Positions 1 to 8,446 of a DNA stretch of 64,000 nt are shown in pieces. Source of the stretch: Lachnospiraceae bacterium (lineage in GTDB: Bacteria > Bacillota > Clostridia > Lachnospirales > Lachnospiraceae). The first letter of the stretch is position 1; every line of letters begins with the position of its first letter. The stretch lies in the NCBI GenBank assembly GCA_017437785.1, contig JAFRXH010000027.1, positions 22,716-86,715 on the forward strand, written 5' to 3'. Under the pieces are notes generated by a model. The model made no database searches, was not told where the DNA came from, and was given only the letters and a program-made list of their open reading frames with translations. The position numbers were made by a program, and so were the translations under genes.

Positions 1-1
1 C

Positions 2-277
2 CTGCTTTCCGATCCGGCCATACTGGTACTTGATGAGGCTACATCCAGTATAGACGTGCAGACGGAGAAAGCTCTGCAGACAGGCCTTAATGCGATGTTA
101 AAAGGCCGCACCAGCTTTATCATTGCCCACAGGCTTTCTACAATAATAGGCTGCGATAAGATAATGTATATTGATGACGGCGGTATAGTTGAAGCCGGCA
201 GTCATAAAGAACTGATAGAAAAGAAAGGTGCATATTACAAGCTGTATACCGCCCAGATGCAGGATCTGGGGCGGTAA
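2..277 (+). CDS. ABC transporter ATP-binding/permease, C-terminal fragment (truncated by window edge)
   Basis: Frame 2 from base 2 reads LLSDPAILVLDEATSSIDVQTE...IIAHRLSTI: Walker B, D-loop and H-loop of type IV ABC exporters. Confidence 0.9.
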   Translation: MLSDPAILVLDEATSSIDVQTEKALQTGLNAMLKGRTSFIIAHRLSTIIGCDKIMYIDDGGIVEAGSHKELIEKKGAYYKLYTAQMQDLGR

Positions 278-310
278 CAGCCCTGTTTCCGCGGTTTTTT
301 GATCCGGATC

Positions 311-547
311 TCAGATTATCCCGACCCATGTTAAAAGAAAGAACAGTCCTATAATGGCTAAGATGGCAAAGATAATACCTGCAATGCGGATTTTTGCATC
401 AGATGAATTCTGAGTTCTGCCGTCTTTGTCCCACTCGGGATGATTGCGGCAGAATTCTCTTACAGATTCGGGATTGACTGCATACCATCCACCCATGATT
501 ATTACCAGTATCAATCCTCCGATCAATGCTATAAGTTTTATACTCAT
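311..547 (-). CDS. small two-TM membrane protein, unknown function (DUF6199-like)
   Basis: 78 aa, two hydrophobic segments flanking a short polar loop; divergent from the ABC operon. DUF assignment is a recollection only. Confidence 0.6.
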   Translation of the reverse strand: MSIKLIALIGGLILVIIMGGWYAVNPESVREFCRNHPEWDKDGRTQNSSDAKIRIAGIIFAILAIIGLFFLLTWVGII

Positions 548-747
548 TTTTCTGCTCCTTTTCTTAAATTATGTATCGCTCACGGTCTGTGTCTGCCGGC
601 ATATGGGCCGGTTTATCTTACGGCAGGTTTTTCTCCGGAGCGCGTAATTCAGCTGACAAAGCATAATTATATATCATTCATCTTGGATTTCAAGCAGGAA
701 ATATCAGGCGGGAGCGGGATGGCCTCCGTTTTTTTTATAAATTATGC

Positions 748-789
748 TTGACATCTGCGTGCATATGCTGTATATATACACATATACAG
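748..789 (+). promoter_or_regulatory. sigma-A promoter overlapped by a palindromic operator (candidate YtrA/GntR site)
   Basis: TTGACA 748-753, 17-bp spacer, TATATA 771-776; perfect inverted repeat CTGTATAT(768-775)-N6-ATATACAG(782-789). Confidence 0.7.
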
Positions 790-828
790 TTAATAAACAG
801 TGCATATACAGTCGACCGAGGTGAACTG

Positions 829-1674
829 ATGATAAGTTTTAAGGAAGTAAACAGGAAATTAGGCAGGTTTGAAGTGAAGGCGGCATCCTTTGATATCCCG
901 GAGGGCTGTATATGCGGCCTGGTGGGCAGGAACGGCGCAGGAAAGACGACAGTGATAAACATGCTGCTTGGCCTCATTAAGCCGGACGCCGGGCAGATCA
1001 CCATTGACGGCATGGATTATGAAAATAATGAGAAGGATATAAGAAAGCTTTTTGGATTTGTGCTGGTGGACGAACTGTTCATGCAGCATCTTTCGCCGGA
1101 GGAAAACGGCGATCATTTCGGCAGCTTTTATGAAGCTTATGATAAAGAGGAATACAGGCACTGTCTTGAAAGGTTTAACATATCCGGCAGAAAGCATTTT
1201 AAGGAACTCTCGAGAGGACAGAAGCTCAAATGCCAGTTTGCCTTTGCCTTATCGGTCAAACCTAAGTATCTGGTACTGGACGAGCCGACAGCTAATTTCG
1301 ATCCGGAGTTTCGTGAAGACTTCTGGAAGATCGTGCAGCAGTTCACATCAAACGGTATCAACTCTGTTTTGCTGGCAACTCACCTGACAGATGATCTGGA
1401 CCGCATGGCGGATATGCTTATATTCATGGATGAAGGGAAGGTGATCTATAACGGCGATATGGAGAGCTTCAGGCAGCGCTACCGCATACTTTCCGGAGAG
1501 AAATACCTGCTGAAGAATATAGCAAAAGAGTATGTGATAAATATAGAAGAGGGGAAGTATTCTTCTAAAGCGCTGGTGATCAATAAACACGGCTTCACTG
1601 ACGGACTTACGGATTCCCCGGCAACTATTGAAGAATTTATGTACCATTACAGCAAAAGAGGTGATGCAAAATGA
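829..1674 (+). CDS. ABC transporter ATP-binding protein (YtrB-like)
   Basis: Walker A GRNGAGKTT, signature LSRGQ, Walker B LVLDEPT; start moved to ATG 829 after SD GAGGTG. Confidence 0.9.
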   Translation: MISFKEVNRKLGRFEVKAASFDIPEGCICGLVGRNGAGKTTVINMLLGLIKPDAGQITIDGMDYENNEKDIRKLFGFVLVDELFMQHLSPEENGDHFGSFYEAYDKEEYRHCLERFNISGRKHFKELSRGQKLKCQFAFALSVKPKYLVLDEPTANFDPEFREDFWKIVQQFTSNGINSVLLATHLTDDLDRMADMLIFMDEGKVIYNGDMESFRQRYRILSGEKYLLKNIAKEYVINIEEGKYSSKALVINKHGFTDGLTDSPATIEEFMYHYSKRGDAK

Positions 1675-2348
1675 TCGGAAAACTTATAAACGATTATATC
1701 TGTACGGGAAAAGGCATGTCACTTAAAGAAACTCCCAGGGGAGTAGGCGATATAGCGATGTTTCCTTTGACTCTGCAGGTAATAGCCATAGTAAGGGGCA
1801 TAATGCTGGGCGGTGTAAAGTATCTCTGGACGGATGCCATAAGGGACAGCATTTTTACCATCGCTTTCTTTATCATATGGATATCCCAGATAAAGCATCC
1901 CATAAAGATGAGCAGGATGTATTATCTCTGTCCGATGAATGCGGATGAGCGCGTTGCATATATTAAAAATGCATATTTTTTCAGGTGCATATTTCATTCA
2001 ATACTGATCGTGACAGCATGCATAATTTTATATACAGTCTTTGATGTGAGCCTGTACTCACTGCTTTATATACTGCTCTGCGGGCTTATGTACAGTTTCT
2101 TAAGTAATGTGCGTGATAATAAAACAGATTTTATGCGCGCTGTATTCTTAAAACCCGCGATGTATATCAGCTCTTACATACAGTTTGCGGTTCCGGCTTC
2201 ACACTTTGGCAGGGATGAAATGATCTTCACAGTATGCAGCTTTGCTTTCCTGCTCATTGTCGAGCTGCCGATGTTCATATCCGTAATACGCGCCATAAAT
2301 GATGATATAAGAGTTGTTGCAACAGGGGAGGATTACAGCAGATGTTAA
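1671..2348 (+). CDS. putative ABC permease / multi-pass membrane protein
   Basis: About 5-6 hydrophobic helices; ATGA overlap with the upstream ATPase. Confidence 0.75.
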   Translation: MIGKLINDYICTGKGMSLKETPRGVGDIAMFPLTLQVIAIVRGIMLGGVKYLWTDAIRDSIFTIAFFIIWISQIKHPIKMSRMYYLCPMNADERVAYIKNAYFFRCIFHSILIVTACIILYTVFDVSLYSLLYILLCGLMYSFLSNVRDNKTDFMRAVFLKPAMYISSYIQFAVPASHFGRDEMIFTVCSFAFLLIVELPMFISVIRAINDDIRVVATGEDYSRC

Positions 2349-2734
2349 AGATCGATCTTATGCCACAGGGCACATTGGCCATATACGAACAGATAGTCAA
2401 TCAGATGAAAAGCGCCATTGTAAGCGGTGAGATGAAAGCGGGCGAGGCACTCCCGTCCATACGAAGCCTCGCAGCGGATCTGGCTGTGAGCGTGATCACC
2501 ACCAAGCGCGCATACGAAGAGCTTGAAAAGGAAGGGCTGATACGTTCTGTAGCCGGAAAAGGCTTTTACGTGTGCGAATATAACACGGATTATCTTATGG
2601 AAAAACAGCTGATGATGATAGAAAAAAGACTTGGAGAGGTCATCTTTGAAGTTAAAAATGCAGGTATCAGTAAAGAAGATTTTCTGGAAATGGCGGAAAC
2701 TCTTTTTGATACGAATGTGGAGGGAAAGAAATGA
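2342..2734 (+). CDS. GntR family regulator, YtrA subfamily
   Basis: IYEQIVNQMK...LPSIRSLAADLAVSVITTKRAYEELEKEGLI...GKGFYV wHTH; only 130 aa; ABC context. Confidence 0.92.
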   Translation: MLKIDLMPQGTLAIYEQIVNQMKSAIVSGEMKAGEALPSIRSLAADLAVSVITTKRAYEELEKEGLIRSVAGKGFYVCEYNTDYLMEKQLMMIEKRLGEVIFEVKNAGISKEDFLEMAETLFDTNVEGKK

Positions 2735-3375
2735 GTGTACTGGAGTTTAAAAATGTGAACGGAAGGGGCAGGAAGTTTGGGCTTAAAGATGTGAGCTTTT
2801 CGCTTGAGACCGGTTTTATTTATGCCATTGCCGGTGAGAACGGCGCCGGAAAGACTACGCTGATGAGATATATACTTAGCGAAAAAAAGCTCTACAGCGG
2901 CAATATATATTTCGAAGGGGAAGATATAGAGGGCAGGCACGAGCGCATCATGAATTCTATAGGCTTCATATCAGAAGATAATAAGTTTTTTAACGAGCGC
3001 TCCGCTTTGCAGAATGCGCAGCTTCTGGGAGGCTTCTATGACAGTTTTGATATGGATCTGTATAAGGAAAGCCTTAAGGCTATGGGTGTCAGTGAGACGG
3101 TCACATATTTTAAGATGTCCCGCGGAGAAAAGATAAAGATGCAGCTGGCATTTGCGATAGCGCATAAAAGCTCTTTACTGCTTATGGATGAAGCAACGGC
3201 CGGACTGGATCCGGTATACAGGATAGAACTTTTCAACATGCTGCGAAGACTGCTGGCAGATGAAAATGTCACGGTGCTGATGAGCAGCCACAATATGACA
3301 GAGATAGAGAGAAACACTGATTATACAGCCATTATAGAAGATGGCAGAATGGGAGGTTTTCATGAAAGCATTTAA
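2731..3375 (+). CDS. ABC transporter ATP-binding protein
   Basis: GENGAGKTT, MSRGE, LLLMDEATAGLD, SSH switch; compact 214 aa NBD. Confidence 0.9.
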   Translation: MSVLEFKNVNGRGRKFGLKDVSFSLETGFIYAIAGENGAGKTTLMRYILSEKKLYSGNIYFEGEDIEGRHERIMNSIGFISEDNKFFNERSALQNAQLLGGFYDSFDMDLYKESLKAMGVSETVTYFKMSRGEKIKMQLAFAIAHKSSLLLMDEATAGLDPVYRIELFNMLRRLLADENVTVLMSSHNMTEIERNTDYTAIIEDGRMGGFHESI

Positions 3376-3859
3376 AGAAGACAGATCGCAGCAGGAGAAG
3401 ATAGCGGCTTTTTTTAAGGAAGAGACAACATATTTTCCCAATCATGTGCTGGGTAAGGCAGCAGCTTGTATACTGGTAAGCATTTCATCCATACTTCTGA
3501 TCATTCCCTTTGCCGAATATGAAAATGACATGCGTATGGTGATAGTATACGGTTTTATGCTCTATGCAATGGGAATGTTTTCCTACGGGACAAAATACGC
3601 CTCCTACACCGAGCCGCTTACAAAGAAGGTATTCAGTATTTCAAACCTGACTAAGTACCTGCCCGTCAGCCACAGGCAGCTTACTATATTCAGGATAAAG
3701 AAGGTGTTGAAGCCCTGTGTGATAGTAACGGCTGTCGTTGTGGGTATAAGATGTCTGTATTCCGTGGCGGTATCGGGGGGAGTATCAATATGGGATTTCG
3801 TACTTCCGGCAGCGTTTATGATAGTGTTGCCTGCGATAGTGGAACTTACCCGCGGTTAA
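3362..3859 (+). CDS. putative ABC permease / membrane protein
   Basis: 4 hydrophobic segments; ATG 3362 after GGAGG, overlapping the ATPase stop. Confidence 0.7.
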   Translation: MKAFKEDRSQQEKIAAFFKEETTYFPNHVLGKAAACILVSISSILLIIPFAEYENDMRMVIVYGFMLYAMGMFSYGTKYASYTEPLTKKVFSISNLTKYLPVSHRQLTIFRIKKVLKPCVIVTAVVVGIRCLYSVAVSGGVSIWDFVLPAAFMIVLPAIVELTRG

Positions 3860-3903
3860 GTGCGGAACGCTGTAATTGTTATATACAGGCAAGAGGTGAC
3901 TGA

Positions 3904-4869
3904 ATGGAAAACGGTATATCACGTAATGTGAGCGGATATTTAAGAGGGCTGGCTATATTGATAGTATTGGCCAGCCATTACGCGGAATGGATGTATGTGG
4001 AACCTGCATTCCCGCTTATCAGGCATTGTATAGGAACATGGGGACCGCCCGGGGTTGATATCTTCTTTTTGCTTTCGGGATACGGTCTGTATAAGAGCTA
4101 TAAACAAAGTGGCGGCATAGATAAGGAGTTCGTGATCAAGCGCCTGCTGGCGGTTTATCTGCCTTATCTTTGTCTGGCGCTTATGCTCTGTGTGTATCAT
4201 GGGGATCTCTTTTTTAAGGACTTTGACGGAATGGTGGAATTCTTTACAGCCGGGGAATTCTGGTTTTTGAACGTGATGCTGGTTATGTATCTGATGTTCA
4301 TAGTGTGTTTCGCCTTTTGCGGAAAGGCTGCATTTCCGCTTATGCTGGCACTGAGTATAGTCCATAGTATCTGGCTGCACTTAAGCGGTCATATGGATTT
4401 CTGGACGCTGTCAAATCACTCATTTGTGCTTGGATCGGCAGCAGCGGCGGCAGAGATACGTTATCATAAACTGTTTACACGGCGCAATCTCCTGATCGTT
4501 ACGTTCGCGGCGCTGGCGGGAGCAGTGGTGGCATTCTTTGTGATGCAGAGCAAAGGCGGCAGCGGTATTGATGAAAGCTATGAAGCAGAGCTTGTGATGA
4601 ACGTATTTATAAGCATTGCGGTGATGGCAGGAGCATACCTTCTGCCGGATATCAGGCTGCGTCTTCTGGGGATGATAGGAGAGGCCAGCCTGTTCATCTA
4701 TGTCTTGCACACTACTATGTTTTATGCTATTATCTTTAAACTTGAGAAGCTGGGATATACACTGGGAACGGCGATCACGGGAGTTATCACGATGACAACG
4801 GCGGTCCTGCTCTTTAAACTGTATTCCGTCTTTTCAAAATACATATTAACGAGAATAAAGAAGAAATGA
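3904..4869 (+). CDS. acyltransferase family 3 (OafA/OatA-N-like) integral membrane protein
   Basis: YLRGLAILIVLASH and GVDIFFLLSGY motifs; about 10 TM helices. Confidence 0.88.
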   Translation: MENGISRNVSGYLRGLAILIVLASHYAEWMYVEPAFPLIRHCIGTWGPPGVDIFFLLSGYGLYKSYKQSGGIDKEFVIKRLLAVYLPYLCLALMLCVYHGDLFFKDFDGMVEFFTAGEFWFLNVMLVMYLMFIVCFAFCGKAAFPLMLALSIVHSIWLHLSGHMDFWTLSNHSFVLGSAAAAAEIRYHKLFTRRNLLIVTFAALAGAVVAFFVMQSKGGSGIDESYEAELVMNVFISIAVMAGAYLLPDIRLRLLGMIGEASLFIYVLHTTMFYAIIFKLEKLGYTLGTAITGVITMTTAVLLFKLYSVFSKYILTRIKKK

Positions 4870-5996
4870 AAAGACACATTTTGTGCAGGCCCGGATTTAT
4901 ACTGATGCTTATAATGGTGCTTACGCTGTGTTCCTGTGATAATGGCACAGATGTCTCCGCAGCCGGCGCGTCTGTTTCGCAGCAGAGTGTATCGGAAGAT
5001 GGGAGTGTATCGGAAGACAGTGTGGCTGTTACGCCCACGGCTAAACCTACGGCTACACCCACGCCTTCGGTAAGTAAGGATGCGGCAGTCAGCACCGATA
5101 ATGCGCTCAGTGCCGATGCGGCGGTAAGTACAGATGCAGCAGTAAGTACAGACGCAGCAGTCAGCGCCGATAAGGCCACCCCGACACCGCTGCCTACTCC
5201 CGATCCGGCTATGATAACAGCATTTGATCCTGTTACAATGTATGTTACGGCCCAGGTAAATGTGCGTAAGGGGCCGGGGACGGAATACGAAAAGACAGGA
5301 CTGCTCAATCCCGGGGAGACGGTAAGTGCTACGGGAAAGTACGGTGATAAATGGATACGTGTTGAGTATAAGGGGGAGACGCGGTATGTATCTGCGCAGT
5401 TCTTAAGCAGCCAGCCGCCTGCTACCCCTACACCGGCACCCGCACAGCCTCCGGCGCAGGATGGGCAGCCCACACCGACTCCGGCTCCCATAGCACCGCC
5501 TCCCCAGGTAGTGGCCCCTGCCGGCGTACTTATGATAGGAGATTCCCGCTGTGTACAGATGAGAGACGTGACGGGCGGCGGAGGTGTAAGCTGGATATGT
5601 GAGAACAGTAAGGGTTACGAATGGTTTGTGTCCACGGCGCTGGGGCAGGCCGATGCCATAATAGGCAGAGGCACCAAGGTTGTGATATGCCTGGGCGTGA
5701 ACGATACCGATAATGCATACAGTTATGCGCCGCTGATCAATCAGAAAGCTGCCGAATGGGCGGGGCGCGGTGCAAAAACGTACTTTGTTTCCGTAAACCC
5801 CGTTTCGGATAATCCGTATACAAATATGGATAATGTAAACAGCTTCAATACAGCAATGGTCAATAACCTGGCAGGAGTAAAGTATATTGATACCTGCAGT
5901 TATCTGATCAATAACGGTTACGGAATGGTTGACGGGCTGCATTACGATGCTCCCACAAATGCACTTATATTTAACCTGATAATCGGAAATCTGTGA
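4866..5996 (+). CDS. lipoprotein with low-complexity linker, SH3b domain and SGNH/GDSL hydrolase domain
   Basis: Signal ending LCSC; SH3b-like VNVRKGPGTEYEKTGLLNPGETV...WIRVEYKGETRYVS; SGNH blocks GDSR, LGVND, DGLH. Confidence 0.85.
   Translation: MKRHILCRPGFILMLIMVLTLCSCDNGTDVSAAGASVSQQSVSEDGSVSEDSVAVTPTAKPTATPTPSVSKDAAVSTDNALSADAAVSTDAAVSTDAAVSADKATPTPLPTPDPAMITAFDPVTMYVTAQVNVRKGPGTEYEKTGLLNPGETVSATGKYGDKWIRVEYKGETRYVSAQFLSSQPPATPTPAPAQPPAQDGQPTPTPAPIAPPPQVVAPAGVLMIGDSRCVQMRDVTGGGGVSWICENSKGYEWFVSTALGQADAIIGRGTKVVICLGVNDTDNAYSYAPLINQKAAEWAGRGAKTYFVSVNPVSDNPYTNMDNVNSFNTAMVNNLAGVKYIDTCSYLINNGYGMVDGLHYDAPTNALIFNLIIGNL
5079..5168 (+). repeat. five imperfect 18-bp tandem repeats (DAAVST) in the lipoprotein linker
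   Basis: gatgcggcagtcagcacc / gataatgcgctcagtgcc / gatgcggcggtaagtaca / gatgcagcagtaagtaca / gacgcagcagtcagcgcc. Confidence 0.85.
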
Positions 5997-6035
5997 GTTT
6001 GATCAGGTGCTTGTCCGTACTCATAAAGGCATATG

Positions 6036-6066
6036 AAAAGACAGAAAATATTTCTGTCTTTTTTTA
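6036..6066 (+). terminator. intrinsic terminator
   Basis: AAAAGACAGAAA / TTTCTGTCTTTT stem followed by a T tract. Confidence 0.8.
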
Positions 6067-6168
6067 TGTATTTTGATAGGATCAGGATATTACGAGCGTA
6101 TATAATAACAGATGAATTCATTGAAGAGTTTTCGTTATAACGGTCAAAAATGAAAAAGGAGCAGGAAT

Positions 6169-6741
6169 GTGTTTGGGAAAAAGATAAATGATGACAATTA
6201 TATAGAACGGCTGCGTTGTAAAGATGAACGGGCGCTTGAGTATGTTGTGAAGAAGTACGCGGGACTGATATATTCCATACTGCGTAACAGGCTGGCTCTG
6301 ATCCCGGACGAAGTAGATGAGTGTTTCGATGATGTGCTTATGAAGGTTTGGGAGCATTCAGACGAATATGATGAGTCACGCTGTGAATTTAAAACGTGGA
6401 TCGCCGCGATCGCCAGGTACAGGGCTATTGATCATCTGAGAAAAGCAAAGCGTGAAGAGGAAAGGTTTGCCGCCGGATCCATTGATGAGATGCTTGTGGA
6501 ACCCGGAGCATACGACGAAAGGATCACAGCGATAGAAGAGGCGATAGAGAGTGAAACGCAGAGTATGCTCTCATGCTTATCACCAAAAGACCGTGAGATA
6601 ATGCGGCGCATATATCTTGAGGGAGAAAGCGTAGATACGGTGAGCAGGGCGATGAACATCACAAAGGAGCAGATCTACAATCACACTTCAAGAAGCAAAA
6701 GCAAGCTTCGTAAGGCATTTGCACCGGGCAGGGTAGTATGA
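6169..6741 (+). CDS. ECF RNA polymerase sigma-70 factor
   Basis: Region 2 (DECFDDVLMKVW...FKTWIAAIARYRAIDHLRK) and region 4 HTH; 190 aa. Confidence 0.92.
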   Translation: MFGKKINDDNYIERLRCKDERALEYVVKKYAGLIYSILRNRLALIPDEVDECFDDVLMKVWEHSDEYDESRCEFKTWIAAIARYRAIDHLRKAKREEERFAAGSIDEMLVEPGAYDERITAIEEAIESETQSMLSCLSPKDREIMRRIYLEGESVDTVSRAMNITKEQIYNHTSRSKSKLRKAFAPGRVV

Positions 6742-6767
6742 TAAGTAAAAAGAAAAGGAGATTCTAT

Positions 6768-8291
6768 ATGAACAGTGTATACAGCATTTTAAATGATATA
6801 GATACGGATCTTGATGAATTTGAAGAGGAACAGCTTTCGGATACAGAGATAAAAAAGATAAATGCCAGACTTAAGAATAAGCTGGGATCAGGTACAGGCG
6901 GCAGTACGGCTAAAACACTGAGCACACTTGGCAAGGCGGCTGTCATCGTTATAGGATTTATGGCTGTGGGAGGCGGAGTATACGCGGCAGCGCAGTATCG
7001 GAAGAACTTAAAAGATGATATGCGCGTCAGGGCTACGCAGACCAGGGTGGTCGCGGAAGAAGGAGATACCGTGACAAAAGAGATGTATGATGAAGTTACC
7101 GGAGCCACAGCCACATATGAAGTGCAGTACGACGGCGCAGTTGCCGGAGATGTCACGGACGGAAAGCTTATTGAAAGAGTTGTAAAAAACGGATATGCGG
7201 ATGCAGAGATCACGGCTATCAGCATGGATCACAGCAATATGAAGGTCGGCGTAAGATTTGACTTTAATGATGAAAAGAACCTGGTCGGACTGGCAAAGAC
7301 GCTTAAGAGCGCATCTGAGCAGGGCGCATGCTGGAATGCAACGGAAGCTACCGGCATATCCCTCGAGACAAAGCTTGATGATACGGCGTTCTTTAACTGG
7401 GGAAATAAGTATACTGTGGAAGGCAATTCTCTTTATCTTGACCTGTTTATGGATACGACTATGACAATGGCTTATCTGGATGAGATAGACAGAAGATATG
7501 AGGAGAGGGCTGCATATTTAAGGGAACACCCGGAGGAAGCAGAGGCGGGGCAGTGGGTGGATGCTCCGGTTACCGATATATATGAATATACGGAGGTAGC
7601 TCCGGCATATGAGGATGAGAGGAAAGAGATCATCGCGGCAAGAATGCAGGAATTCGAAGATTACAGGAAAGCTTTGCCGGATCCGTTGGACAGTACCATA
7701 AGCATCATCATCGATCTGGGCGCGGAATACGGCGGGACCTACAGCTTTAAGACAAGGCTGAGCGGTGAATTCGCTGAGGGAGAGCACGAGCGCATCAGCA
7801 TAGACGGCGGAAGCGCGCAGATGGATCTGGACGGCATATATCAGGATCTTGAGATAAATGCATATTCGATGGGCGGATCGGGATTTAAGCTGTATGGGAA
7901 TGAGACATATATAACGGACTGGTCTTTGATAACTAAGATATGTGAGGAGCAAAACATCGAATATGCCGCCTCGCTTCGTATCAGGGCCTGGGATGATCTG
8001 GGAAATACCTACCTTATGCTCTTAAGATCTGAACATGGTGACGGAAGCAAAAAGAGCACTCCATACGGTGAGGCAAACGTGGATCATTTCGTGGCAGAGC
8101 TGTATGATAACGCATTCGGACTGGAGCAATTCGGCAAAGAGGCCGGGATAAACTACAGCAGTGAATGGGCTGACGGGATATCCGAGATAACATTTGCGAT
8201 AGAGAAGGAAGTCCTTTTGCAGGATGCCGACAGAAAAGCGCACAATACGGTCGAGCTGATATCGGAGCCGGTCACGGTAAAGATACAGTAA
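6768..8291 (+). CDS. putative membrane-anchored anti-sigma factor (DUF4179-like N-terminus)
   Basis: Short cytoplasmic acidic N-terminus, one TM (AAVIVIGFMAVGGGVYAAA), large acidic extracytoplasmic part; directly after the ECF gene; ATG 6768 after AAGGAG. Confidence 0.75.
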   Translation: MNSVYSILNDIDTDLDEFEEEQLSDTEIKKINARLKNKLGSGTGGSTAKTLSTLGKAAVIVIGFMAVGGGVYAAAQYRKNLKDDMRVRATQTRVVAEEGDTVTKEMYDEVTGATATYEVQYDGAVAGDVTDGKLIERVVKNGYADAEITAISMDHSNMKVGVRFDFNDEKNLVGLAKTLKSASEQGACWNATEATGISLETKLDDTAFFNWGNKYTVEGNSLYLDLFMDTTMTMAYLDEIDRRYEERAAYLREHPEEAEAGQWVDAPVTDIYEYTEVAPAYEDERKEIIAARMQEFEDYRKALPDPLDSTISIIIDLGAEYGGTYSFKTRLSGEFAEGEHERISIDGGSAQMDLDGIYQDLEINAYSMGGSGFKLYGNETYITDWSLITKICEEQNIEYAASLRIRAWDDLGNTYLMLLRSEHGDGSKKSTPYGEANVDHFVAELYDNAFGLEQFGKEAGINYSSEWADGISEITFAIEKEVLLQDADRKAHNTVELISEPVTVKIQ

Positions 8292-8446
8292 GAAAAAGTA
8301 AGAAACAGGGAAAAACCACGGGGGCGAAAACATGGGGGAAAAACCACCAGGTCAGTCTCCGTGGTTTACATTTGTATTCAACATGGTAGAATATACAGTG
8401 TTTTGAAGGCTGAGCAATTATTTAACGACCCGGAACGGAGAATAAT

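Noticed and set aside
2731-3375. Second ABC ATPase as a truncated pseudogene
   Set aside because: All core NBD motifs through the H-loop are present and it is coupled to the next gene; short but plausibly functional.
4814-5491. Long antisense ORFs in the track (e.g. 4814-5491, 10789-11496, 30464-31168, 49278-49997, 61610-62317)
   Set aside because: They are shadows of well-supported + strand genes, with no SD or recognisable motifs.
8313-8367. AAACCACGG/CCGTGGTTT inverted repeat with internal GGGGG-AAAAC duplications between the anti-sigma and kinase genes
   Set aside because: Could be a terminator or operator, but the loop is long and no function can be supported from sequence alone.
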